NCBI GenBank assembly: GCA_001949185.1
Contig: BDGG01000002.1
Coordinates: 1,857,826-1,921,825 of the forward strand
Length of the DNA: 64,000 bases
DNA from: Ramazzottius varieornatus
Taxonomy: Eukaryota; Animalia; Tardigrada
Direction: 5' to 3'
Part shown: positions 1 to 12,676 of the stretch, piece by piece
Position numbering within the stretch: the stretch's first letter is position 1
Layout of the letters: the number at the start of each line of letters is the position of its first letter
Notes under the pieces: generated by a model
The model's input: the letters and a program-made list of their open reading frames with translations, nothing else
The model's database searches: none
What the model was told of the DNA's origin: nothing
Made by a program: the position numbers and the translations under genes

Positions 1-761
1 AGGGTTCAGTCCTACGAAGAATTCTCGAATGATGGCCTTGTTGACTCCCTTGGGCAGATGTTTAATCTTAAGAGCGTCCTTCATCTTGTTAAAATTCTCA
101 TTTGGCTTTGTAGTCTCTTCAACGTCTTCCTGCACATTCTTTGCCACTTGCAAACCTTTCTTCGACTTTAATTCAGCGGCTGCATCATCGTTACTCCACG
201 TGCCCTTGTTAGCCGTGTCCTTGCCCCGTTGGTTGATGGAGAAGAACTCGAGAAACTGCGGATCATTGCGCAGACTTTCGATGGCTTCTTTCTCCTTGTC
301 CGTCAAAAGTGGATTCCGCAACAACTGACCGAGCCTGTTCTCCTCCTGTTTGGCAGGTTTTTCCTTCTTAATTTCCTTGGGTTTCTTGTCAGGATGGGCT
401 TTGGAAAATCGTGAGGAGTCCGCGCTGTGTTGACTCCATGAACGAGAATTGTCAGCGTCGCCCAAGTGACGACACGGCTCTACTTGGATGCGCGATGTGT
501 CGATGAAGGTGTTGTGGAAGTATGTTTGGGCTGCTTGAGCGTCTTCTTCCCGCTGGAAACCGATGAAGGCAAACTTGCGGAAGACACCGTTGGGTCCATA
601 CTTCAGCTTGACATCGGTGATGGTGCCTTTCTCTTCAAAGACGGAACGCAATCGCTTCTCCGTGATCTACGAAGCAAACAGGCCACATTTCGATTCCGGA
701 AGGCGGAAGGTGCTGAAAAACTTACCCCGTTCGGAAGATTCTTGATGATGAGCCGCGACAT
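1..761 (-). CDS. RBM19: RNA-binding protein 19 / MRD1 (multi-RRM ribosome biogenesis factor), 5' part, continues beyond window start
   Basis: Exon 761-726 gives MSRLIIKNLPNG, then a GTAAG..TAG intron (725-667). Exon 666-1 gives ITEKRLRSVFEEKGTITDVKLKYGPNGVFRKFAFIGFQREEDAQAAQTYFHNTFIDTSRIQVE, matching the characteristic RBM19 RRM1. A second RRM starts near the edge (ALKIKHLPKGVNKAIIREFF). Confidence 0.92.
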
Positions 762-1217
762 CCTGGCGATGGACTTGGGAATGAAAGGTGGTCAGAAGAC
801 TCAGATCTAAAGGGGAAGAAACGACCGAGAATTTCGCCGAGAAATTTTCGATCGTGTAATCAATCAACAGTTACTTCCGCCGTCAATCATTGCTCCATGT
901 CACGTAGCTATCGTGACGTCAGTTGTTGACATTCACCAGCAGCATTGATTTACTCGTGTCTTGATTTGATGGGATGACTGGCTTACGATTTCGTCGATTT
1001 TCATCTTTGATGTCATGATGTTCTGATTACAACCGGAAGTCTTCTTCCCAACGTTCTATCGGAACCCATCCTCTGTTCCTCTAGCAGCTATCCGGATTCC
1101 GTCAGAAATAGACTTATGGACTGATGGGACGTGTTATGGGTATCCTGGCACGGCCTCACATGACAGAGGTCGGAAGGAGGGGATCGATAATGTGAGTTGC
1201 AACTGACTACGATATCG
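762..1217. promoter_or_regulatory. Probable bidirectional promoter between RBM19 and the Cab45-like gene
   Basis: Head-to-head ATGs about 456 bp apart. Contains CRE TGACGTCA (914-921) and ETS-type CCGGAAGT (1033-1040). Confidence 0.5.
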
Positions 1218-2815
1218 ATGGTGCGCCGCAGGTGGCTTCGTTTGATTAGTGTCGGTGCGCTCATATGGACGCTGGCCACAATCTCATTCTTCGCCTTGAC
1301 TTCACGTGTTCCAACGATGTTTTGGAATGAAGATGAGGGCAACTTGATCCATGAAGGCCAGCACTATGTCAAGAAGGACGGCCAGGATCATCTGGAAGCC
1401 AAAGACCTGATGGCCCTGTCCGACGCCTTCAAGAAAGCTGACGATAACCACGACAACTACTTGACGCTGGACGAACTGGAAAAATGGATTGCTACCAGAA
1501 TCAGCCAGCATCTGAATGATGGAGAAGGTAGGTCTCAAAGTGGGCTTCCAGGGAATATCCACGAATAAGCAGCGATGCCTACTACGGTTGAGCTTCTGTG
1601 ATCTGTCGAACTCTGTCGGCGGCTTACAGGGGGATTATGCCTGCCTCTTATTGGTCAAACTGTCCTGGCGGAATAATAGAGGAGACTCGTCAGGAGAGTC
1701 TTTTCTAGAATCTGAGTCAGGTAGCTAAATCCTGCGACGATCATGGATTAATCTTATCTACAAAAACTCTGAAATGAAAGTCCATTGACCAATGACCGCT
1801 TCAGCAAGCTCCGCGCTGCAGTGACGAAAAGCCCCCTGATTGGGAAGGTTGATTGGAGAAATTTCGACAAATTGCTCAGCTGATCGGCTTTTTTGTCGCA
1901 CAGCCACCGAATAGTCGATCAAAACACGCTAACGATGCGTGATGGCACACCATCCAGTCCAATCTGACGATACAGCTGCAATTGCAGCTGTCGAATCAGT
2001 TGCAGTTTGATCTATCAAACTCCTAACTGAAGATCTTCCCGTGACTGCAGTAATTTGGATCCGTCACTACGGGGTCCTGTACATCAACCCAGGATCGTCG
2101 CGGGATTTCACCAAAACAGTTTGACCAACAGGAGGTGGGGACAGGCACAAACCCCTTTTGAATATTCCGTTTCGGTTTTGCAGCGGACGCGAAAATGGTT
2201 TTCCTGTCCGCGGACCGCGATCAAAGCGGTTACTTATCCTGGGAGGAATTCAAAGTATGGCAACAGCGTCATCCAGGAAAAGCTTCGAAGTCTCGCTCTC
2301 CCACAGTTAAGGAAGGAAGCAACGAGGAAACGATGAGGGAAGAATGGGCGCTGGCTGATGAAGACAAGAACAGCTTCCTGGACAAACACGAGTTTCTCTG
2401 TTTTCGGCACCCTGAACTGTGCGCTGTGACTCTAGACCAGTTGGCCGCAGACATCATGAAGAACATGGATAAGAATGACGACGACAAACTAACGTTGGAC
2501 GAGTACAGCTCAGCGCCACCTGGGCAGGTCGAAGAAGGCTTCGAAGACTTTGAACGCAAGTTCAAAGAAGATCGCCAGAAAGAATTCGCGGTGATGGACA
2601 GTAATAAGGATGGTAGTGCTAGTCATGACGAACTGAGGGTCTTTCTGGACCCGCGAAACCATATTCATGCCAGAGCGGACGCGGAAGAACTGATTGACGC
2701 AGCGGATGGCGACGCTGATGGGCGTTTGTCATTTTCCGAAGCGGTCAAGCATTTTTCGCTGTTTGAAAAAAGTAAACTGATGGACGTTGAGGATGTGTTT
2801 CATAGTCACATCTAA
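1218..2815 (+). CDS. SDF4: CREC-family multi-EF-hand secretory-pathway Ca-binding protein (Cab45/SDF4-like)
   Basis: Exon 1218-1527 has a hydrophobic signal and the EF-hand DDNHDNYLTLDE. Intron 1528-2183. Exon 2184-2815 has five more EF-hands (DRDQSGYLSWEE, DEDKNSFLDKHE, DKNDDDKLTLDE, DSNKDGSASHDE, DGDADGRLSFSE), the FRHPE motif and the C-terminal SKLMDVEDVFHSHI. Confidence 0.8.
1628..2156. mobile_element. MITE family A in the Cab45-like intron
   Basis: Imperfect TIRs AGGGGGATTATGCCTG..TTGGTCAAACTGT and ACAGTTTGACCAA..ACAGGCACAAACCCCT. The left arm recurs inverted at about 12950-13063. Confidence 0.75.
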
Positions 2816-3198
2816 GAAGAGTAGGAGGTGTACAAAAGTTTCCATGTACATGAGAACCGGTAAAATTGCTCGGTAATTTTCATTCTGACAAACGCTTTTG
2901 TGAATCGGTCTAAATCAGTCGGATCTCACCATACTTTATGTTGATTTTCTGAACATGTTTTACCACTGGATTTGATTAAAATCGCAGTTCGATCTGTCAT
3001 TTCATGAAATAGGAGGTTTTTCGAACAGGGCTGTGCTGAAAGTTCAATTAAGATGATACTGTACAGTGGTAAGATGTTCTGTGTAAGAAAAAAGTCCGAA
3101 TTATTGAAAGGAAAGGCGAAGTTCATGGTCAGCAGAATTGAAATTTCAACTTGAGTATGAGTATGCGAGAAGTTTGCCGGATATTTGGAGCACTCATG

Positions 3199-3840
3199 CT
3201 ACACTTGACGACGTCGGCGTTTCCCAACGGAAATGGTCAAATTCAGTTTAGCTTCCACTGCTCCAGAGATACCTGGAAAAGAAAACCACCACATGCGCAA
3301 TACCTTACGCCAAATCCATAAACATATCGGCATGGATGTACCGGGACGAAAAATGGAATGGCTTGTCAAATTGCACTACGGAAGGAAAAATTTGGCAGGC
3401 CGATACAAACCATCCTCCCGCTAGATCCATGCCAGCCTGTTCACAAAGTAAGGGAATCATCTCTCGGGCGAATGGGCCGTTTGCCTCGTCTCTTACAACG
3501 GCAATTTCTGACCTAAGATGGGTTGAAGTTGAGCCTGCTGTGGAGCAGGTGCTGGAGCTGGTGCGGCAGCTGGAGGCGGTGCTAGAGCTGGTCCCTGAGG
3601 AGCATTTCCGGCGGGCGCTGTCGGGTTGTTCGAACCTGGAGCCGATCCATAGTTCTGAGAACTGGATGCGGTGTTCAACCCGGAACTTGAGCCAGCTGTC
3701 CCCGACGCAGAGATCTGCTTACCTGAGGGAGCGGGTGATAGAGGTGCTTGCGATCCAACAGGTTGCACCGACCAACTCAGAAGGAAAGCGAAGCACACCA
3801 CACTAACTAATGAGAAGTAATACGACGCCAAATAACGCAT
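3199..3840 (-). CDS. Small secreted Pro/Ala/Ser/Gly-rich orphan protein
   Basis: Signal-like MRYLASYYFSLVSVVCFAFLLSWSVQPVG, then low-complexity PAPAPAPQQ. A predicted intron 3512-3273 (strong TTTTCTTTTCCAG acceptor) adds GISGAVEAKLNLTISVGKRRRRQV*. Confidence 0.6.
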
Positions 3841-4555
3841 GTTGAAATTGAGGTTCTCGAACAAGCTTTAGTTCAATCCGCTCGCTCTAAATTCGTAAAA
3901 AAATTTTCGGTTCTCATCTGAAGCCTGCCAAGCTAAATTGGAAGCGAAAATCACACAGTAAACACATTACACCATGCTCTAACAGGTATTCGGCTCTACG
4001 GGCATGGCGAGCAGTATCGATAGCTGTCAATGATTTTCGTGTTTCGAAATCGGAAAATCTCGTACGAGTTTCGAGCGAGGGGACTGTATTGAACGAACGA
4101 TAGGAAGACAGCTTCGATGAGACAGTAGCGATGAACGTCGAGGATTGTACGTTGCAAAACAGGACAGACTGAAATGGGTAAAACCGTGTTTTTCAGTTTT
4201 CACAGACCAAAACTAGCACGAGTTTTGAATTACTGGAAGAAAAGTTGTGTAACTGCTCAAAATTTTGGCCAGGAATATCCTTGCACTTTGCGACGTAATG
4301 GACCGTAACACTTATCATATGTTGGGTTGTTTCCGAAAATGCTGGTTCGGCAGACACGCAACACAGAACAACAAGGTCCGACGTCTTATTGTTTGTGCTC
4401 TAAAGTACCTTATCACAGGGTCACTTCCGTGCCTATCCAGACACCCTTTGTTTTACTTGTGCATTCTGCATACGCAGCGTTCGTCACTACCTACAGTATG
4501 GGTGCTGCCCTTGTTTGTCTGCAGTGTTTTTTTAAATCTCCTTCACCTTGTACTC

Positions 4556-4738
4556 GTACACGCGCGAAGGGAAAGTTTGGGACAGGCGATTCCGAAACAG
4601 CGGAATGGAAGTCCGCACGTGCTTGTGCAAGTCACACCAATGCACTTTGTGACAATTTTTTACGGTTGAATTCTCAATTTTTTGACTGTTGCAAACTTTT
4701 TACTGTTCCAGACTTTCCCTTCGTACGTGTGCGTGTAC
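4556..4738. mobile_element. MITE family C (TACACG-terminated)
   Basis: TIRs GTACACGCGCGAAGGGAAAGTTTGGGACAG and CTGTTCCAGACTTTCCCTTCGTACGTGTGCGTGTAC. Homologous to 18883-18953 in reverse. Confidence 0.75.
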
Positions 4739-5714
4739 TGTAGAGTTTAGGCACTGCAGTATGTACAGCCCGTTCACACTACATCGCTAAACCTAAAAAC
4801 TTACGGCGTTGGGGACTGGATCATGGGTCAACTTCGAAAATCGAGACTTTTTTTTCTGGGTTCAGCATATTCCTCTAGAACAGAAACAACTTCCAGAAAT
4901 ACGAAGAATACAAGAAGTCGTTGACTGTGCTGCATTCGGTCAAATGGATTGTGAGAGCATGGTCAGAAGCTGACAGTTCGACCATATGCATTGGAGACTG
5001 CTTTCGCGAAGCTGGCGTGTCTCAGATGGTCGAAAACAATAGTTGACTTTCGGTAAATTGGTTGTCCATAGATTATGACGTAACTTTCTTTCGGTTTTGG
5101 CAAGCTGTACGGTTGATGTCTGACTGGTGGCAAATTAAATTGGAAGATCAGTTTACGCGTCTCGATTGTCGAACGCCTGGACTGTACCAGGTGGAAAGTC
5201 ACTTTTGCCTTTTTTAACTGGTCGAAACACGGGGCGCCGCCAAAGTGGACCCATCATCACCTTCTGGACGCGCCCAAAAATTCGGAAAAAAAAATTCGGA
5301 ATATGTGATGTGCAGTGCGCCACGTATCATCTCGAAACGGACCACCTTCATGTTTTTCTTTTAACCACTGGACTAATCTTTTGTTGAATCGGGAACATTT
5401 GCCAGATATAGAAATGTTTGAGCTCGATCTAGATTGTTTTGGAGACACTGGCGCAACCGAGAGCCTGACTGAAAACTAATTTTCTGGCTGGGACGAAATT
5501 TCCACCGAAAACGGCAAAACCGCTAAACAGTTTTGCAGATACTCTGTCGACTGGCTGATAGTTGTACTTTGGAGAGAAGTTGATTCTTCAGCCAGAGGAT
5601 ACAAACGAGCAGCAAAAGTTGAACTGGAATCTCGCCACGTACATAACAGTTGCGCCGGGGAAGTGATTTCACCACCTGGTGCTCAAGGTGTTACATATAA
5701 TGAAAGGTCGAGGC

Positions 5715-6275
5715 TACGTGCACGAAATTTACGAATTTTTCTGCGTGCACGAACTTTGGCACGAACCGTAGTCTGCGCGCACGAACGTGTCACTAACTTT
5801 TACTCCGGGCCTGATCTATGCCACGAACTCTACTTCGCGCACGAACTGTGACCCGACCTTTTACTCCGTGCACGAACTGTGACATCAGGATACGAACTTT
5901 TATTCTACCAAGCAACGGTGATGATTTTCGAAGGGTTTGAGACATCATATGCTGATCTAAGCAAAAGCTACTGTTTGGTACTTCGGATTCTTCGTTGAGT
6001 AGCGCCTTCTAAAGCTGGTAGATGCCACCACTTCGGGGTTCTGAATTGCACATCCTCAGATACTCCGAATTCGAAAGCGGGTGTGTCCTTTTTCCAAGTC
6101 TATGACGCGGAGCAGGCGGAAAGCCTCTTTCGATCCTTTCAACTTCTAAACACCGCTCATAGTATTTCCGCATACAGCACTCGCTTGATGGAATCGGGCT
6201 TCGCTTGGTTTCGTGCACGGAGTTTTTAGTTCGTGGAAGAGTTCGTGCACGGAGAGGGAAAGTTCGTGCACCGAG
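5715..6275. repeat. Foldback-like element with arrays of (GT)GCACGAAC repeats in opposite orientation at each end
   Basis: About 7 CACGAA-containing units at 5718-5880 and about 4 inverted TTCGTG(CAC) units at 6209-6272. Confidence 0.65.
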
Positions 6276-6837
6276 TCACTACGATACTAAAATCACGATT
6301 CAAACTACGCAGAAATGAGTCGGAAACATAAGTCTACCGTTCAGAAATAAAATTTCCGCCACAAGATGTTTTTCCGCCAAAATGGCCAACATTGACGGTT
6401 TTAATTCATTTGCCGAGTTGATTCGATGTTTCTGTGGCGTTTTTGTGCTAACAGCTCGGATAGTAATATATCTGACCAGGTCAGATTGGGGATCGCTACT
6501 CAATGATAGAACTCCGTAGACTGCGGTTCACTCGCCGCGACAGGTGCTCCCCCACGGAAGTCATTCCAGTCGAATACTCGAGGCTGTTTCTTATTGTAAC
6601 AACACGATTCACGGTTTCAGTCGAATCAGCTTGAAAGTTATATGAACAGGCGTCGAGAACAAAGCGAAAAGGCGCAATCTGAATATTTTTACGTCGAAAT
6701 GCCAGGTGGTGGGGATGTGGTGTGAACCGAGTGTAAACTGTAGCGTTGCCACCGGCGACAAAACATCGGTACCTAGACTGCTAGTCATGGAACCGTGCTC
6801 ACTAAACCTTGAAGGTTTCCATCATTCTGTGGCTAAA

Positions 6838-9319
6838 ATGGCTACTACCGTTATCGAAACGTTACCACCGCTTCCGTTCGTCCTGGGTGCAGAACATGTC
6901 ATCCCCTTTCCGCCTTTACCTCTGGATCTCGTCGCCCATTTTACTGCAGTGACGCCCTCCCAGCGAACAGCCTTCGCCGTCTTTGAGCAGAAACTCACTG
7001 AGCTGGGTCTCCATGAGTTTCCTTATCGTCCACCGACGAAGCTATCCAGTTTGAACAACGCCGATGAGAAACAACTGTTGACAGAATGGAAGGACTCTCC
7101 GTGGTACAAAGAATGTTTCTGGACCGATGACTTCCGAGCACTACAGCAGAGACTGTTCAAAGCCAAGAGACCTTTAAGCGTGGCGGCGTTGTACCAAGCG
7201 TTTACAACCTTGAACTTGTGCGGACAGGAGGTGAATCAAGCTTTTTAGTTTATACTTCAAACGACAAACAGAGGTCCTGACTGCAGCGTAGAAAATGCAG
7301 CCATGCGCCTTCCAAGTTGCTCGTTTTTACGGTTCCCAGTTGGAATTACGGGTTTTTGATCGATGTTCCCAACTGGAAATCGGATAGAAGAGGCACATGG
7401 AAGATCACTCAGGGACGCATTTTCTATAGTGTAACTTAGTTTTTGATTTCAGGCCACGAATGTGGATTCAAGCATGACAGTCCTTCGATGTTTGACACGC
7501 TTGTCCCTTGCCGACAACCGCCTTACAGTGATCGATCTAGACAACCTTCCTTCCACACTACAACATCTGGAGCTGTACGGTAATTTGATCAAAGAAATAC
7601 GAGGATGTGCCCCGAAAAGTCTTCGACATTTGGGCGTGGCTGCCAATCATCTTACTCAGCTGACATTCATCCTGTCCAAAACTCGTCTGTAGGTACTCTG
7701 AACAGTAAGTTCAAGACTCGACGTCCAGAGATGTTTATCTGCTCTAAAATCTGCGTTTGATTTACTGTAAATGAGTTAACAGGGTGTGGTTTGATTTCCA
7801 GTGACGGTCTAATATCGTTGGATCTGGGAGAAAATTTTCTCCGGGATACGGACGACATTACCTCTTACGTGACAACTCCGCAGTTTAACCGTTTACAGAA
7901 CCTCCGCGCTGCTGGGAATCCTTGTGCTTTCACCAGAAGCTACAGAAGGACTTTGGTAGGTGCTATTCCGACTCTACTATGCCTGGATGGTGCGGAAGTG
8001 TTACAACAGAAAAGACAGGATCACTTGCACGTGTCGTATGATAACTTCATTCTTCCGAGTACGACGGTGACTAGTCAGACAATTGTGTTGGTGACGCTGG
8101 ACAGTATAACCGGCGGACCGCTCCCGCAAGATTACATCGTTAGTCGAACATAGCTAATTTTCTCACTCCATGTGGATTGATTTTGATGTACGGCAAACGC
8201 TTAACTGGTTTCAGAAACCGGAAGACCAAAGCAGTTATCCACTGACCAAATGGATTTACGGCATGGAAATATCCTTCCCCGGCGCAATACTAGACACTAA
8301 GCCAGCTTTGCCGCCACCAACGCCAGAAGAGCTGAAAGCCAAGGCCGATAGATTGGCCAAAGGTGAATTTCATTGGTTCGAACTGACAGCAAAACAGAAT
8401 GCAGATTTTGCAGAACGCTCTTGGTTACTAATACTTTATTTTATGTCTGGCAGAACAAAAGAAAAGCAAGAGTAAAAGCAAGAAGACCGGTACACCCCTC
8501 CCCGTGGAAATTGTGGCGGAACCTGAGGATCCGCTGTACATTGGTCTTCCAGTACCCATGCACAAAGTTCTAAATGAGGGGTTCGAGTGGGAATACGCCG
8601 ACCCGCTGAAAGTTGACTCCTATGTCCCACTTCTGACATCGGCCGACATCACCGGAGAACAGCTATACGAATACTTCCGACGTGGGATTCGAGTCAAGCT
8701 ACTCCTGCGCCGGGTACTTTACACACCTCAGTCAGCAGTCGGCAAGAAAGCCGCTAAGGCCCCTAAAGGTTCCAAAGCCAATCCGTGGGACATCCCCCTG
8801 ACTCCCGAAGTGGCTGAAACCACCGTGGTGGACCAGTTCGCCATCCCATCCGTCGGCTTGTTACACGGTGAGGACCAAGTAACGTATCAGTGCGAGCTTC
8901 ACCCGCCACCTGTCATCGAAAGACCACCGACCCCGGTCAAGAAGAGTAACAAGCTCAGCCCGGCAACGAAGGGCGGAAAAGGTAAAGGTACGTCGAAAAC
9001 ACAAAGCCCTGTTCTGGAACCGGTTGTGCAGAGGGGACCGATGGTTATTACGGCTCGCGTGGCTTTACACTATGACCAAAGTCCGGCTGACTTGGTTCGT
9101 CTGCCCCCTGAGATTGCTCCATATGTACCACCCGAGCCCGTGGTGGAGCTGAAACGTCCAGCGACGAGCCCGGGACATAAGGGCCACAGTGCTCATGGAC
9201 CTCGAAGTGCTCATGGCGGCGCTCATAGTGCGCATGGTGCACACAGTGCTCATGGAAATTTGCACAGTGCGCAGCACCATGGACGCTCCCTACAGCTTGA
9301 CCACAAGTCGCCACACTGA
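6838..9319 (+). CDS. Leucine-rich repeat protein, LRRC43-like (probable ciliary/flagellar)
   Basis: Multi-exon (about 6838-7230, 7453-7690, 7802-8138, 8215-8362, 8454-9319). LRRs LTRLSLADNRL, LQHLELYGNLI, LRHLGVAANHL, LISLDLGENFL and an LRRcap LRAAGNPCAFTRSYRRTLVGAIPTLLCLDG. The N-terminal SPWY..FW segment and Lys/Pro-rich C-terminus resemble LRRC43. Confidence 0.7.
7289..7427. mobile_element. Short palindromic MITE-like element in intron 1 of the LRR gene
   Basis: Ends TAGAAAATGC and GCATTTTCTA, with an inner inverted pair CCAGTTGG / CCAACTGG. Confidence 0.55.
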
Positions 9320-10059
9320 AGGCCCGAAGAAATCTCTAAAAGGAATGTCTTTTACATCAGTACATCTCGAAGCTCTCCACTATAAGTCTAGAAAAGTCCA
9401 GTGCTGTAAATGCACCACCTGTCGTATCATGACCTTTCGCGCGCTGTTCGACTAAGCGCAAGAAGAGAGCCTTTGGTAATAAGGTTTTTCCGGATTCTGT
9501 ATGGATAAAAATGAGAGCATTATAGTAGATGTAAACAGTCCACTCGCTGAAAATCTGGACGTAATTTTCCGCTTTTAGCTTGACGCCCGCTATACATTCG
9601 CCATGCAGCATCCCGAACTAACCGGCGGCATTATATAACACATAAATTACACTGTACTTTGGCCCATGTGATCAAGCAATGAAGTCGCCGATCACCGGCT
9701 GGATAAGAGGGGCAATTTCGTTTACTCGGTATGATTTGCCTAACTTGAAATGGGAAATTTTGATTCCCCACGGGAAAAGTGCAACAACACAGGCCGACTC
9801 GGGCTCGTGCTCAGGCACGGAACTTTTGACATTTGAACCAAGCTTTAGTGATGTGCGCCTTTTCTCCAGAGGCTGGAATTGTCATTAGACTTCGAGTCGT
9901 ACCGTTCAAGCTCTGATCTCGACGGTACGATCGCAGGGAGGTGTCGGTACGACTACCGAGAGAATATAATAAGTTCCGCCCTTTGCTCTTTTATTGCGAA
10001 TGGCCTGTCAAGTTTCATATTTCAAAAAGCGTCCACTCATATCACTATTTGGTGCGGAG

Positions 10060-10212
10060 TACAGTAAATATTCACTGCATCCACGCAATACGTCATCGTA
10101 CACGTGAAGTACATCTCCGGTCCGGTATCAGGGATTCCGCCAACCCCTACGGGGAATCGGGGATGCATCGTCACGTACGAGTACTGCGTGGATGCAGCGA
10201 ATATTAACAGTA
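10060..10212. mobile_element. MITE with TA-CAGT end; partial second copy at about 14430-14500
   Basis: TIR AATATTCACTGCATCCACGCA / TGCGTGGATGCAGCGAATATT. The core CGTCATCGTACACGTGAAGTACA recurs at about 14459-14481. Confidence 0.65.
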
Positions 10213-10501
10213 TGACTTGTCCCTTTTCGAGGAAACACATTTAGAAACGTTTGAAGAATTAGGTTTTTCTTCACTCTTCTCCTTTATGTGGTTGTCCACC
10301 AGAAGTTTCCTTCTGTCTGCTGCAAGAATTAAGTCCGTGCTTTGCCCTCGAGGAGGAAATTGGGTTTATGATCAGAGAGAGAAGATGTTTTCCGTTTTCC
10401 CGAGTTTATGGTTTGGCTAGTGGCTTCAGCGACGTTGACTCGAGCCACATCATTCCATAGAACCGATTGGTTTCTTTATGACAGCAGCCAGTAATCATCT
10501 A

Positions 10502-11106
10502 CTGTAGTGCTCGCAGTTTATCGCGCACTCAACCACGTGAACAGTAAATAACGCCCGATCGGGGATTTTAGACGTTGTACTGCTTAATCAACAATCAATG
10601 ATTGGCCATCGGTTAAGACAAGTGTTATTCTGAAAAGTCAACTCAAGTTGCTCATTTCCATCTGGAGCGTTTCCGGTATCTGCTCACTTTTCTCCGGTCC
10701 TCGCTTGCCCGGAATCTTTGCTTTGTGAAGCAAAAACATGAGGTTCCGTGAAGCTTATCAGCTGCTTATGGAACAGGTATCATTCGACTCACCACCAGCT
10801 GCGCATGGCTGATTCCGGAATTCCTGTAAGCTTCGCATGCTTTCTCCTCGATAATCCGCTCTCTTCATAGTTCCTCAAAGCTTTCTCCGCATCCTCATCG
10901 GCATAAATATACGGGTCCTAGCCATGACAATGTTTTCTACCTTCAGATCCAGTGAAAGAAACTGGAATTTGGACCGGATCGTTTTTCAAAATAACTGACG
11001 ACCCAATAAAGTCAATCAACTCACACCCTTCTGGCAACAGCTGATCTTGCCGGGCAAACCTGACTAATCACGTGGTTGAGTGCGCGATAAACTGCGAGCA
11101 CTACAG
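10502..11106 (-). mobile_element. Internally deleted Tc1/mariner-superfamily (pogo/Tigger-like) DNA transposon
   Basis: Perfect 39-bp TIR CTGTAGTGCTCGCAGTTTATCGCGCACTCAACCACGTGA with TA on both sides. Internal minus-strand 10911-10795 encodes YIYADEDAEKALRNYEESGLSRRKHAKLTGIPESAMRSW, a psq/CENP-B-type HTH. Confidence 0.8.
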
Positions 11107-12676
11107 TAGTATCACATGCGGCTCGGACCCTCGGTGCTGAGAGACAGACAGCTGGATCACAGAGCTCTCTACGGTCATTGGTAATGAGTAGGCTCCGTTT
11201 TTAGGATACCTCGTGGAAAGCTGCCTCGGTTCACATAAATGGAAGCTGTTGTCGACGAATGGGCCTAACAAACATTGAGTCGACAGTCCAAAATTGATCA
11301 TTGTGGGCTCCCTATGGAGCGAGACTAAACGGCGCAAAGTGCAACGCCTTGCCAAGAGTGGTCTGGTCAGATGTTAATAGTGTTGAGCATCAAGCGCGAT
11401 TAAAATTCATCATTGCGGGGCGGCTGTCAAGTAGCAAAAGTGGTGCACTACAAAGTACATTACTAAAGGGTGAGGGCGGTTGCTTCCAATCAATGGAGAC
11501 GTTCGCTGGACTAATCCAGAGAGGTTGCTGTTAAGCTTTGGCTATGATATGCTGGTGACTATGCCGTCATCGGTTAGTCCATAAGTCCAAGTGGGAGGAT
11601 CATGAAATGGCGACACAGTCAAAAGCAGATTGTGCCCAAATGTGCAACCGCAACCTCTCCGGGCAAGTTCACCGTACGTTTTCATTCACTGCATACAAGC
11701 CTTCCGCACCATTTACACTTTATGCACAACGTCAGACAAACCGAGTTGCGGATTAGATTCAAAGGTTGTTACGCTTGTATGAGTACCATGTAGAATTCAT
11801 TTGGCGTAGTGCACGAACATTGATCAAAAGGTATCAGGTACTGACTTGATCATAAAGATGTCTGCAGAAATGATCATGCGGATTATGTGTCCAGTGTTCG
11901 GGTACGTTTTCGTACTGCTTCTCACGTTAATTCCAACTTCTTTTGGTGAACCATTTGTCAAGTCGGACACCAACACTACAGGCGCGCTTTCCGATGTTTC
12001 AAAGCCTCGATTGCACTTTTTGATCGTCATTGCTTACTTTATCCACTTCGTCCTCCCTGCCATTGATGTGGCTATCAACGACGCTCGATCATTTTACCCA
12101 AAGATCGACTTTACGTACACAGCCATCTCAAACCCTGATGACCCGAGCTGCGAGCGGTTTGAAGGACTGGCTGGTTACTACTTGGCCAATTACTATTACA
12201 CTTTTGAAAAAGCGCCGGAAGTCTACGTGGTGGTGTTTGCTACAGGTAGGTTCACCGAAGCCGATCGATGTCGGACAATTTACTTCTGGAACCCCCTTTT
12301 CGGGGTGCAGCGCAGCTATGGCGGAAATGCCGTATTTGAAAACCGGTATGACAATAGCTCGGCAGCACGTGCCGGGAAAAAGTTGTCAAACAAGAGACAC
12401 TTTGAAGCAAAACTTTTTTTTTCTCTTTTTCATCTGTCGATGGGTGACACGTCTGGCCGCCTGATCACTTCCCCGTTCGGTGTTGTAGAAACCGCAACAG
12501 CAATAGTTCTTAAATCGCTTCTCGCTTCAGTTAATTTGGCCGTTCCGGAAAGCTAGGGATCATCCCGCTACCAAGGATGATCCCCAGCTTTCGCTCTTGA
12601 TCATCCCGCTGTCACAGATAGGAAGCAATCATTTCCGTTTTTGTAGAACGATAAGACCCGGACAGACCTGGTGGAA

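Noticed and set aside
3336-3806. 156-aa plus-strand ORF with EQVLELVRQLEAVLELV
   Set aside because: It is antisense to the Pro/Ala-rich secreted gene, and the heptad look is a by-product of that repeat.
5715-5890. Short repeats with variable spacers resembling a CRISPR array
   Set aside because: Units are only 8-10 bp and irregularly spaced, an inverted set lies downstream, there are no cas genes, and the context is eukaryotic.
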